Below are positions 14,533 through 27,003 of a stretch of DNA of 64,000 nucleotides, piece after piece (position 1 is the stretch's first letter; the number at the start of each line of letters is the position of its first letter). Origin of the DNA: Eledone cirrhosa (Eukaryota); contig OZ024743.1 in the NCBI GenBank assembly GCA_964016885.1, positions 193,812,001 through 193,876,000 on the forward strand, written 5' to 3'. Below the pieces are notes generated by a model, which worked only from the letters and a program-made list of their open reading frames with translations, made no database searches and was not told where the DNA came from. The position numbers and the translations under genes were made by a program.

Positions 14533-14537
<5 letters not shown>
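13422..14537 (+). mobile_element. non-coding hammerhead-bearing element, family R3: about 990-bp circularly permuted monomer with an 80-bp inverted 5' arm
   Basis: 13508-13547 repeats directly at 14498-14537, and 13422-13502 is the reverse complement of about 14457-14537. There is an internal 248-bp tandem duplication (13538 vs 13786). (TA)n flanks both ends. Confidence 0.7.
14228..14352 (+). ncRNA. type I hammerhead ribozyme motif with branched stem II
   Basis: TTCCA CTGAAGA T TTATAAGT [two hairpins] ACTTATAA T GAAA CAATTG TT TGGAA. Confidence 0.8.
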
Positions 14538-14575
<38 letters not shown>

Positions 14576-14583
<8 letters not shown>

Positions 14584-14810
14584 TGTTAGAAATTAAAGAA
14601 ATTATTTAGCCTGATAGTGCGGTTAAGAACCCTCGGAGAAATGGAAAAAGATGAGTATTGACGTACATACTCATCTTTTTCCATTTCTCCGAGGGTTCTT
14701 AACCCCACTATCAGGCTAAATAATTTCTTTAATTTCTTTAGTCAAAATACGGCGATAGCTAACATTTCTAATAATTTCAAATCCACCCGCTGTTTCGAAA
14801 ATATTCTTAC

Positions 14811-14815
<5 letters not shown>
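14576..14815. mobile_element. fold-back PLE-like terminal fragment in (TA)n
   Basis: Near-perfect inverted arms 14588-14658 and 14667-14737, then a unique tail. A related non-folded copy lies at 14884-15040. Confidence 0.55.
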
Positions 14816-14887
<72 letters not shown>

Positions 14888-15091
14888 GGCAACACTCATC
14901 TTTTTCCATTTATCCGAGGGTTATAAACCCCACTATCAGGCTAGAAATTTCTTTAGTCTAAAAATACGGTGAAAGCTTATAATTTCGAATTTCGAATTTC
15001 AAAATCGCGCACCGTTTCAAAAACATACTTACATGTTTACGTTTATATATATATACATATATGTGTATATATTTATATATATACATATATG

Positions 15092-15213
<122 letters not shown>

Positions 15214-15378
15214 ATTAGTATATCTACCAACATATGTATACAGATGTATACCCATGCTAGCAAATATATATGTTATGTCTTAGTACCTTTGTGGTTCTAT
15301 GCAGGGGGGTGCAGAACAATTATATGAAAGACGTAGAATGAGAAAATTTTGAAAATTAACTTACTTACTAAAATTTTC

Positions 15379-15460
15379 ACTCCAACTAATTAGTTTCTGT
15401 AAGGGGATAAATATAGTTACGTAACATAACTATAGAGAATTCCTTACATCATCAGGGAGT
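15379..15460 (-). ncRNA. type I hammerhead ribozyme motif, R2 copy 1
   Basis: ACUCC-CUGAUGA-UGUAAGG...UAUAGUUA...UAACUAUA...CCUUACA-GAAA-CUAAUUAG-UU-GGAGU. Confidence 0.8.
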
Positions 15461-15909
15461 CTATTCTCAGCTAAGTTCCCAGGCAATGCGCGGACACTAG
15501 GAACCCATATAAAAATAATAATTCAGTGGATGGAATAAAGCTAGCGGGGACTAAATTCCAAAGCACTGAAAAATTCATTGCCTCCTTGATCAGTGGCAGA
15601 TTCTAAAGAATCAATCACGTGACACTGAGCTTAATCAGTGAGGAGTGGGGTGGTATTATGACAAGAGCCTACTACTACCATGAATCACAGCAGTAAATTT
15701 TGGCAAGTTTTACTCAACAAATAATTTGGAGATAAATATAGATAATTAGCATATCTACCAACATATGTATACAGATGTATACCCATGCTAGCAAATATAT
15801 ATGTTATGTCTTAGTACCTTTGTGGTTCTATACAGGGGGATGCAGAACAATTATATGAAAGACGTAGAATAAGAAAATTTAAAAAATTAACTTACTTACT
15901 AAAATTTTC

Positions 15910-15991
15910 ACTCCAACTAATTAGTTTCTGTAAGGGGATAAATATAGTTACGTAACATAACTATAGAGAATTCCTTACATCATCAGGGAGT
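15910..15991 (-). ncRNA. type I hammerhead ribozyme motif, R2 copy 2
   Basis: Same motif, 531 bp from copy 1. Confidence 0.8.
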
Positions 15992-16269
15992 CTATTCTCA
16001 GCTAAGTTCCCAGGCAATTCGCGGACATTAGGAACCCATATAAAAATAATAATTCAGTGGATGGAATAAAGCTAGCAGGGACTAAATTCCAAACCACTGA
16101 AAAAATTCACTGCCTCCTTGATCAGTGGCAGATTCTAAAGAATCAATCACGTGACACTGAGGTTAATCAGTGAGGAGTGGGGTGGTATTATGACAAGAGC
16201 CTACTGAATTATTATTTTTATATGGGTTCCTAGTGTCCGCGCATTGCCTGGGAACTTAGCTGAGAATAG

Positions 16270-16351
16270 ACTCCCTGATGACGTAAGGAATTCTCTATAG
16301 TTATGTTACGTAACTATATTTATCCCCTTACAGAAACTAATTAGTTGGAGT
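16270..16351 (+). ncRNA. type I hammerhead ribozyme motif, R2 inverted copy
   Basis: ACTCC CTGATGA CGTAAGG...CCTTACA GAAA CTAATTAG TT GGAGT. Confidence 0.8.
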
Positions 16352-16509
16352 GAACATTTTAGTAAGTTAATTTAAAAAATTTTCTTATTCTACGTCTTTC
16401 ATATAATTGTTCTGCACCCCCCTGCATAGAACCACAAAGGTACTAAGACATAACATATATATTTGCTAGCATGGGTATACATCTGTATACATATGTTGGT
16501 AGATATACT

Positions 16510-16630
<121 letters not shown>

Positions 16631-16673
16631 AAAGAAATCAAAGAACGCCTACGTACTCATACAAATTTTATTT

Positions 16674-16718
16674 GCTGACAATTTTTCATCCATATCAATT
16701 GGCAGGAATCACCAGAGC
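16674..16718 (-). ncRNA. degenerate minimal hammerhead at the PLE 3' end
   Basis: GCU-CUGGUGA-UUCC...GGAU-GAAA-AAUUG-UC-AGC followed by AAUAAA. It is two changes from CUGAUGA...GAAACAAUUGUC. Confidence 0.55.
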
Positions 16719-17778
16719 TTTATAAACAAAAATACAGTGCTGAGTATAAGCTCTATCGAGCTTAATCACATGAACATTAGAAATACAATAGAGGGCAACA
16801 AGAGGGAGATCGTGAATGGCGAGTATGGAGAGAGTGCATAGTGGGGTTGTTATTTAGAACTACAGCTAAATGCAATGGTACAGGCAGATATTTTCACAAG
16901 ATGCAGAAGCACGTGAGGGCACATAAAGGCAAAAAGTATAAACAATAGTTAAAACATATAATAATAAATATAAAAAGATAAAAAAAAACGTTAAATTAAA
17001 AAAGAAAAAAGAAAATTTTTAAAGCACACAAAAGAGTGCTCAAACGGGTCGGGTTCAAACTGATAGTATAAAAGATAGGTTTTACGGTAAAGGGAACCCT
17101 AATAATCCTAAGGTGTAAGCACGGTGTCCCCAACCTCGGTTCGAGCCGCATATATTACCAAGTATGGGGAGCGGGCAGTGTGCTCAAGTACCGTAATAGG
17201 GAGGGTCAAACAATAGAACTAAATATGCCCAAATGGGTCTGTGGGACTAAGCCAATGGGGCGAGTAGTTGAATTATCTTCTTTAAATGGCAATGGACTGC
17301 CATATATGATACAGTATCATTCGCCATCAAGTGGCGACAATAGTTAGGAGATTACGCCAACGATCAGGGACCAAACACTCAACGAAATAAAAAAAACATA
17401 AGAATCCTTAGCTCAAACTGGGGTAAGGCCTACACTCACACACACCAGTAACCCTCGAGTTGGGGGCTGATGGGTTGTGTTATTACCCAACCACGGTGGC
17501 TGGTGGCTATAGGGAAGCCACGAAATGAAAGTCACATGGTGGTCACCCCTGGGAATCTTGACATTCGCACCGTGGGCCGGGCACATCGGAGACCAACCAA
17601 TTATCAGGCAACATGCAAATGCAATGGAACAGAAGGCCCCATTGTTATACAAACTTATATACTGAGGGAGGTCCAGAGGAGGGGAATGTAGTTGGTTAAG
17701 GAAATAGGAATAATGAGGCGGAAAGTAAAGAAAGTGCTACAGGGGTACTGAATAGGGAGGAGTGAATCCTCGGCAGAT

Positions 17779-19306
17779 CTAAGTAATTGGCTTAAAGTGG
17801 TAAAAGGAATTAAGATTCATGTGTATACAAGAAGAAAATATCTCTGATTTCTTATTGAGCCGGTTACATCTAGAGTATAATGTGACGTGAGATTCTAGAA
17901 GGCACAGATTGCAAGTTTTGCTAGGGGGGGGGGGGGGGGGGGGGGCATAGGGCGTAGATTTAGTCACCAATCTCCAATTAAGGGTATAATCAATACTATT
18001 ATTTAAAAAAAAATGAATATATTTAGCTAGGGAGGTGGCATTCTTGAGCTTATCGTATCTAAATGTATATTTGTGGGAGTTGTATCTAGTCTTAAATGAG
18101 GTAGAAGTAGCGCCCACATATGTTTTGGTGGAGGTTGCCGTTACAACATCACATGCATAAACTATGTTTCTCATGAGGCAATTTCCCTTCAAAGGGCAAT
18201 TTTCACTCCGTCTACAATTACAATTTTGGTGTGTGTTGCTGTTCGTGTCCTGGGAGGGCCTGTTGGTAAAACCTTCCCGGTATAGTATATGTTCTTCTGA
18301 GGTGTTGTTACCACACTCAGGCACCTCATTTCCCAATGTGTTAGGTTGTTTGTGGTCATTTACAGATTTGATTGTGTCGAACCCTACTTTAATTTTCCTA
18401 TTATTAGTGCGTGCTAGGTGGTAGGCCAAGTTTGGGGTAGTGGAGTAAGATAATTTAATCGTATTTTTATTAATTATACTATAGTATCTACTGCCAGGCG
18501 GGAAATTCTTTTCTAGGATTAAGAAGAAGGTTTTGGGTATGTTAGTTAAGACTTCCGAGTTGTAGGGTTAGAGTATGTGTTTTCTATTTTCTTCTATTTT
18601 TTCTATTTTTCCCCCACAGGAGTCAGGTTAATGTTAGAACTACCACTATCCCTACCGCTGTCAATATTACTGCCACGATATACCTGCTGTGAAACTCTCG
18701 CATTATTTTGGTCACTACTCCCATTAAAAACACTACGATGCTTATATATTCTAGATCTGATCATACCGCTATTAGTGTCACTAGCAGAAATATGGGGCGG
18801 ATGCACAACAGGGCCATTCTGTCGGGGCCGGGCCGAACCAGTCACCGTATGGGTCTTATCCCTACTCCTATTTCTATTACCATTATTATCCAAAGACATA
18901 TTGTGCGTCGTAATTATACTATTAGGTCTAGCATGGGTGGATGGGGAGCTATTAGGTATGTAATATAATCTATTCCTATAGCCGGTCTTTGCTAGTGCCT
19001 CGTTATAATATTCAACATTTGAGTTAAAAAAGTCTTCGTTACAAGATAAACGGCTAATCCTATTAGAAACGCCTTTAATAATTGCATTTAGTACTGATTG
19101 AGGATGGTTGGAATCGGCATTCACATATGTTAGTCTCTCATAAGGTTTACATCTAAGAAATTCACAGTTTTATTACTCTTGTCTATAGTGATACTAAGGT
19201 TAAAAGCTTTAAAAAATTTACTTAGGTCCTTCTTTGTCCTTTCAATGTTATATTTTTTATGCTCAAAGGTGAGAAGGGCATCGTCACGGTATAAACCACC
19301 GCGAAG

Positions 19307-19307
<1 letters not shown>
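17779..19307 (-). pseudogene. PLE RT + GIY-YIG endonuclease ORF, frameshifted
   Basis: ORF pieces 19130-19307, 18603-19124 and 17779-18429 carry consecutive domains. Confidence 0.85.
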
Positions 19308-19337
<30 letters not shown>

Positions 19338-19410
19338 ACATATATATATATATACATATGTTACATATATATACATATACGATCTTTGTTCTGTTCGATC
19401 ATTTTCAGAT

Positions 19411-19529
<119 letters not shown>

Positions 19530-19955
19530 CGTATATACATGCTGACGTTTATGCATATTTACTATTTTCATATCTCTGTAACATCCATATATACGTCTGT
19601 GCATATGTGTGACTGCTGTATTTTATCTGTTTACTGACTCGCCTTATATATTATTATACGAGTGTTAGCTGAAGTTTCATAGGCTGGCTATGAAATAGAG
19701 TCTTCTTAAGTTATGACCATAAACAGGAAAAAGAAGAGAACACACTGGCGAGAATTCCTAATTATTTGAGTAAATACACTTTTTCTTAGCATTAGCTAAA
19801 GATACTGTCAGAGCTTGCTATAGATGTGTCATGTATCTTATTTCACTAATCAGCTGCTCAGGGCTTAGAATTGAAATTCTGACTAAAAAATCTATAATTT
19901 TAGTCGAATTAATGTTATATGAATGTTTTCAGAAAATCTACCTATCATCAATCAT

Positions 19956-19956
<1 letters not shown>

Positions 19957-20019
<63 letters not shown>

Positions 20020-20028
20020 ATATCTATC
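19957..20028. repeat. (TATC)n microsatellite, left flank of the Tx1-like array
   Basis: Read directly from the sequence. Confidence 0.9.
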
Positions 20029-20236
20029 TCCGCATGGTATAGACGTTCTTCACATCGGCTCCTCGATTATTGGGTATATTACGTGTTAACAGTAAGTGTT
20101 TGTCTGTATTCTTGCGTTATTGTGTTAATTAACCCCCTTGCCTGGGTCTTCGGACATTAGGGTTAATTTATTTCACCCCTTTTGGGGTGAAATTTTTCAT
20201 CCTAAAAATCTTGTCATTGTCTCTACGCTAGTGGTA

Positions 20237-22090
20237 ATGGAAGCCATTACCACAGGTAACGATGACACGCCCACTAAACAAACTGAAGGAGAACGGATAG
20301 CTGAGGCAACAAGCCTCCCCACTGAAAGAATAATGATTATTAGAAACAATGAAAAAAATGTGAAAAAAATTGACTCGGAGAAATTGCCAACATTAATGGA
20401 TGCCGTTTCGACTTTTCACGGTGCCATGCCCACCAGCAAAGGTGAAAGAGAAGTAGTAGCTGTGACTACAAGTCTCTCGGATACTGAAAATATAAGTGAA
20501 CATTTTGAAAAAAATGGAGTCTAACCCCAACTTTAAAAAAAATGTGAACGCATACACCAACATAAATAACACAAACACAACAAAAAATGAAAATTGTAAC
20601 AACAAAAAACAAGAAAACAACCACATTTCGACAAATGTAAACAAAGAGGGGGCGAACAAAATGACGTTCGCTCAAACTACCAAAAAAAACCATTGTGTAT
20701 AACCTATTGACATTTCGAACATGGTCCAGCAAATGGAAAATGCACGGAAGTATATAACTTTGGAGGAGAATGGTCTATTTTCTTTAAATTCTCCTCCAGA
20801 GCTAAAAAAGACAATATCCAACAAAACCCGTAAGCCAGTACAACTCACACAGACAGAGATTGAACTGGCTTTAAAAGAACATCTGAAAAACATTGTATTC
20901 ATTCGGAAGCATAGACACTACGGTAGTCTATCCATCCGAATGAAAGATAAATTGACGGCCGAAAAACATTCCCTGGCCCCAATTGAGTCCCCCTTATTTA
21001 CCTTCTTCCCCACTTATTTGGGAAGAAGAACGCAAAGATTGACCATACACAGTATCGATCCAGATATTGATTTCTGGGCGGTACTGTGTGGCCTCTTTGA
21101 CTTGAAAGAGGATGCAGTAATTTCGGTAGGTAAGTCTTCCAGCAACGTGTTCGGTGGAACTAGCCTGCAAGTTCTGGTGCAAATGCAGCCAGAACGAATT
21201 GCTAGGATCCCCGACCGCATATTGCTGGATGGGCTTGCCTATTTACGCTTCACAGTGGAGGGTAGACGACCCGCTTGTTACCTCTGTGGTGGCAGAGGTC
21301 ACCTGAGGGCTGCCTGTACCCAAGCAAACAAAAAAACACCGATTTTGCCCACACCAACAACTACAACACTACCAACACAACCTCCACCACCACCGCCACC
21401 ACCACAAAAACAACTAACACCACAAGTTAAAACACAACTGAAAATAATACCACCCATCCCTCCACACAGAAAACAAATACAATAACACCCACACCACAAA
21501 CACGAGCCGAAAATGTACCCCTCCCCTCGAATACGGAAGACGACCCCTTTCGTCGTCAGGCGAGGGGGGGGGACACTTTCATAAAGTTAAAAGAAAAAAA
21601 AGAAAACACCACAGGAACACTAATACAACCCCCCCCCAATAAATAACACAGACATCAACACAAAAAAACAGACAACAACAGCAAACAAAAAACATCACAC
21701 AAAAAGAAAATATGCTTACACTTACATAAACACAATAAACAAAAGACTGTTAAACGTTATTTATAATAACAACTTAATAAAAACCGAAGGTTCGAATTTC
21801 GCACAATCAACGGAGCTTCCCCATCTAAAAATGATAAAAGCCCCAATGGACATTTACAAAACGTTAAAAGACACTTTTAAAGAGGACGTGGCCCCCCCCC
21901 CCGCCCTGCGTCTGATCCATTAACCGTGTCCTCCTAAAAAATAACCCCCCAAACACCCACACAACTCCAAACTCCCCAACCCCACCACACACTGATGCCC
22001 CTACACTTCCACAAACCACCACCCACCCAACAACCCATCCTCATCCCCATGGAAATTGTGCGGCCCGGTCCCCGGGACGCAGAGAGGTAA
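20237..22090 (+). pseudogene. LINE ORF1 (gag-like CCHC knuckle), frameshifted
   Basis: MEAITT...; VEGRRPACYLCGGRGHLRAAC; ends PMEIVRPGPRDAER*, paralleling copy 2. Confidence 0.75.
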
Positions 22091-22114
22091 GTGCCTTTTC
22101 TCTTTACCACCAAC

Positions 22115-25100
22115 ATGGCTGTGTTGAGAGTAGGTTGTCTAAATGCGCGTGGCCTGGGCTCACATGGAAGCAAGCAATGCTTCTAAATGACCTCAGGTCA
22201 CGATGTATAAATGTGATGGTTATTTGCGAAGCCCGGATCAACAGCGTGCGACATCTGGCCCCCACCTTTGATGACTTTGAGATGCATGTATCTCTCTGTC
22301 AGCCTGGAGGTGGGGTGGGGTTGTCGTTCTGCTGCAAAAACATCTGAGTCTCGCTACACAGACGGTACACTTGGACCCGGAGGGTCGACTAGTGGTTCTG
22401 GACCTTGGCAGTGGTGAAGGCGGAGCTTTTAGGCCGGTCGCCGTCTACGACCCTTTTGGGTCAACGCGGCCGGACTTCTTCCATCGTCTGGAGACTTTTC
22501 TAGGGACGTCCCGCTCCTTGCTTTTAGTGGGGGACTGGAATAGTATCCTAGATGCACGTTGGGACTATGTAGGGGCATGTCCTGATAGAGGGGGTTGTAA
22601 CAGCCTCAAGGGGTTAATCGGCCGATTCGACCTGGCCGATAGATATCGACTAGATTTTCCGACTGTGCCAGCCTGGACTTGGACAAACCATAGCGGTCAA
22701 TCTAGATCGTACCTAGATAGGTTCTTAGTTAGAAATAAGGATAGGGACTGTTTAAGTTATCCAGAAATGCTCATGGTTGGCTATTCAGACCACAAGTTAG
22801 TGACCTCCATGGTCAACCTTGATAGAACGCATAGACAGGAACCCGGTTACTGGAAGCTCAACTTGTCGTTACCAGCAAGTAATGCTTACAGGGACCGGAT
22901 TAGTACTTTAGTTAAGGAGCGGTTGACGGGTGCCATCGTCAACAGCAGGTGGTGGGGCTCTCTCAAAAGAGAGATTAGAGTAGCTTCAATAGGAGTTAGT
23001 AAGGAGTTAGCCTCAGATAGAAATAGGAAGGAAAGGGAGTTGGTAGATAGTGTAGAAGAGGCAATTAGAAGCGGCGACGTAGCCAGAGTGCTAGCGTCGA
23101 GAACGGCCTTGGGCCAGTTCTTCGACGCGAAACACGAAGGCTGCGTTGTCCGAAACAAAATACGTGCTCTGGGAAACGAGGGGACCAAAGCTGTTAGCTG
23201 GGCTCGCGTGACAGAAGCCAAAAGTGGTATTAGATCCATTATCCGGTCTTTGCGAGACCAGGATGGGCGGGTGATCCTTGAACCTAAGCAGATGTGCGAG
23301 GCCTTTCAAAGGCACTTTGCCCGATTGTTCGGAAGGGGCGAGAGGCCGGATTGGGATGTGGACTTCGGTCCATACATCGATGGCCTGCCGCGTCTTTCGG
23401 ACGAGGAGGCGAAGTCCTGCGAGAGGCCGATCTCAGCTGCTGAAATAGGGGACGTGCTGAGCCAATGCGGCAGACGAAAATCTCCGGGCATCGATGGTCT
23501 TCCATACGAACTGTGTTTAAGTATGCTGGACTTGTTCTTCGATCTCCTCGAGGTGGTCTACTGCAACTGGCAACAGAACGGGAGAATTCCCTGTTCTGTC
23601 ACCAAGGGCGTAGTCTCGCTAATGAGGAAGGACGAGAACAAGGCGGATGAAATAAGTAATTTCAGGCCCATAACTCTGCTAAATCCAGAGTTAAAGATTT
23701 TGGCCAAGGTGTTAGCAAAGCGGTTGGCGCTTGTCGTGGTCAACCTGGTGGAAGATGCGCACACATGCGCCATCCCGTCCAGGTCCATTCACGACAACCT
23801 CCACCTCATGCGATACATCATAGAGAAGGTTGGGAACGAACCCGGCTTTGGTGGGGCCCTGATCAACTTGGATCAATATAAGGCGTTCGATAGGGTCGAC
23901 TATCGTTACCTGGATGTGGTGCTAGTGGCGGCAGATTTCGGACCCGTTTTCAGGGGCTGGATCACTGCCATGCACAGCAGCCGCATCTGCTCTAGGGTCA
24001 AGGTGAACAGCTACCTCTGGGAGCCGTTCTAAATCCCGATGTCCATCCGACAGGGATGCCCTCTCTCCTCCCTTCTGTATGTATTGGCCCTAGAGCCACT
24101 GCTGCGGAAGTTGGAGTTGTTACAGGGCATCCCTTTGGAACCGGGATTGCGGAAAGCGGTGTCGGCCTACGCCGATGACGTGACAGTAGTGGTGTCAACC
24201 GCCTCGGAAATCGGGGTGATCGGCACCTTACTGGAGGAATACGAAAAGTTTACAGGAGTTAAGCTGAACCCGGACAAGTCAGTCGGTATGCAACTCGGCG
24301 AGTGGAGGGGCAAACCGATGGCCTCCAACGGCGTCGTCGGACGTTGGACGGAGGGCCCGGTGAAGTTGCTCGGGGTCTGGTTCGGGCCAGACCTCCAGGT
24401 GGAGAAGAACTGGGGTGAGGTATCGAAAAGGGTGTTTGCGCTGACGCAGAAGTGGGCTATCTCTCACTGAAAGGTTGGGCGGAGGTGGCGAACGCTTATA
24501 TAGCGTCCGTCATCTATTACCGCCTGACCGTCGTGCCTTGCCCAAGGGAAACGCTCACGAAAATGGAGCGCGCACTCTTCCAATTCCTTTGGAAGAAGCG
24601 GGCTCCGTTGGTGAGGAGATCTATCTGCTGTCAACACCCTTCGAAAGGAGAGCTGCGGATGCCGTGTCTACTGATGCGTAAACACGCATTAAGGCTACGG
24701 CACCTCCAGGTACTCCTCACCGGTCAACCGGTGTGGGCCCCGTTTGTGAGGCGAGCCTTTCCGAGACTCGTCTCGCTCACTGAGCTGCAGTCCTGGGCCA
24801 AGCAAAGACCGAGAAAACTGGGCACCTGGCACACCGAATGTGCCCAGGCGCTCACAGCTCTCTGGCAGCGGACCCGGCTATCGGTGGAGACTCCACCTCG
24901 TCATTCTATAGAGGGCTGGTGGTTAGTAGGTGCGACGACGCCCTCGGAGACGCCCTAGGCATGGAAGAAGACGAACTGGACAGCCTATTCGGGAGGACAT
25001 TTGGTCCGGGACCTATGGACAACTTCTAGAGTTCCCTGGCCTGGCAGTGCTACCGAGGGGCGCTGCCCGTTCGAGAAAAGCTCTACAGACACGGGAGCCC

Positions 25101-25536
25101 GGGTAGGGACCCCTCGAAAAAGATCTGTCCCAGATGCGTGCGCGACGAGGAAACCGTTGCGCACGCATTGGTACACTGCTCGGGCGTTGCCAATCTGTGG
25201 GGCTATGTCGAACGACTGCTGTCATGGTGGGACCAATCCGGTTGACCACCGAGTCCATTGTAACGATCAAGCCGCATCCCCCCTTAAAAAATGAAGGAGA
25301 GGCGGTCTTCCTCTGTGTAATAGCCATGGGGAAAGAGGTGGTATGGTGGACACGTTTAAAAGGGCTGAGGTCGGGCACCTTTCTCTTCGGCCAACAACTG
25401 GTCCTTTTCTTTAAATACCATTGTAAGAGAAGGATCAGAGAGAGAGGTGCTCTACCCCAGCAAGTTTTATGAAAGGTGGGTGAAAGTAGCGAGAATGGCT
25501 CGTGTGAATGGGCCTTATCTCTTTATCAGCCTGTAG
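22115..25536 (+). pseudogene. LINE ORF2 (AP endonuclease, reverse transcriptase, C-terminal CCHC), disrupted
   Basis: MAVLRVGCLNARGL, VGDWN, YLDRFLV, SDH, PGYWKLN, KSPGIDGLPYE, RPITLLN, KAFDRVD, RQGCPLS, YADD, CPRC..ETVAHALVHC. Confidence 0.9.
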
Positions 25537-25759
25537 GTGGAAAGGTGGAAGTGTAAAGGAGCACCCCCTCTCTGTGCTCCTAAGGAAAAGGGTTGCACAC
25601 TTTTTCGGGGGTGTGTGTAACCCCCAAAACTCCTCCTCCCTATTGAGGACTGTGTTGTTAATTTTATATTTGTTATTTTTTTTTACTCGTTCCTTTATGT
25701 AAACTCCCCCCTTGTATTTGTCCCCTTCTTTTGTGCCCTCGTGGCAAATAAATAGAAAC

Positions 25760-25840
<81 letters not shown>

Positions 25841-25871
25841 AGTCTGTTTGTCTATCTAACAACTTATCCCC

Positions 25872-26260
25872 TTCTTTTAAGTACCACTTCAGAAGGAAGG
25901 TGAGAGTGGAGAGAGAGGTGCTACACCCCAGTAAATTTGCTGAAAGGTGGGTGAATATGGCGAAAATGGCCCGAGTGAATGGGCCTTCTCTGTATATAAA
26001 TCTGTAGGTTGAGGAAGATAAACAGAGGGAAGACGGGAACACCTACAAAACGTGTTCCTGGTGTTGAGGGTTGTTATATCCACGGGGTGTAAAACAAACC
26101 TGCAGTAAGGTTCCCCTCTTTTGGGGATTTCAATTGTTATTTTATTATATATAGTTTATTGTTATTTATTAATGTAAAAGTTATATGATGTTTATGTAAA
26201 ACCCCCGCCATCACGTCTTGTAATGTCCCATTTTGTACGCCCCTGTGGCAAATAAAGAAA
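25872..26260 (+). mobile_element. 5'-truncated Tx1-like LINE 3' end
   Basis: FKYHFRRKVRVEREVL...ARVNGPSLYINL* plus a 3' UTR ending GTGGCAAATAAAGAAA, between TATC tracts. Confidence 0.85.
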
Positions 26261-26279
26261 TATATCTATCTATCTATCT

Positions 26280-26723
26280 ATGGTGAAAGAGGTTATATGT
26301 TGGACGAGGTTAAAAGGGATGAAGTCAGACACCTTTCTCTCTGGTGAACAACTGATTCGTTTTTTCAAATATCATTTTGGAAGAAGAATCAGGATGGAGA
26401 GAGAGGTGCTGTACCCCAGCAAATTTTATGAAAATGAAAGGTGGATGAATGTCGCAAAGATGGCCCGAGTGGTTGGGCCTTCTCTGTATATAAGGCTGTA
26501 GGTTGAGAAAGAGAGGAAGGGAGTACTCACTCTTGGTGCTCCTGGAGATGAGGGTTGTACATTTTTTTCGGGGTGTGTACAACCCTTGTGTAACGCCTCC
26601 CTCCTATTGGGGATTTCAATTGTTATTTGTTATTTTATTAATAGTTTTATTTTCATATACCTGTATGTAAACTCCCAATTTGTATTTGTCCTCTTCTTTT
26701 GTGCCCTAGTGGCTAATAAAGAA
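26280..26723 (+). mobile_element. 5'-truncated Tx1-like LINE 3' end
   Basis: ORF 26280-26501 is the ORF2 C-terminus; the 3' UTR ends GTGGCTAATAAAGAAA then (TCTA)n. Confidence 0.85.
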
Positions 26724-26823
<100 letters not shown>

Positions 26824-27003
26824 CGGAGAAGATAGACGTGTTTTTGTTTAGCTCCTGCATTTTGTCGGAATTTATTACGATAAGCGGTAGGTTTGATTAA
26901 GTAACTCGCCTGGGCCTGCAGACGTTGGGTAAAATAAATTTCGCCCCTTTTTGGGGCGAAATTTGATAGTTATAAGTTGTCGATAAAAAGTCGTTTAGTG
27001 ACA

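Larger units (their letters stand above)
20029..25760 (+). mobile_element. near full-length Tx1/L1-clade LINE, copy 1
   Basis: 5' UTR with AGACGT, ORF1 with CCHC knuckle, ORF2 with APE, RT and zinc finger, and a 3' UTR ending GTGGCAAATAAA then (TATC)n. Confidence 0.9.
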
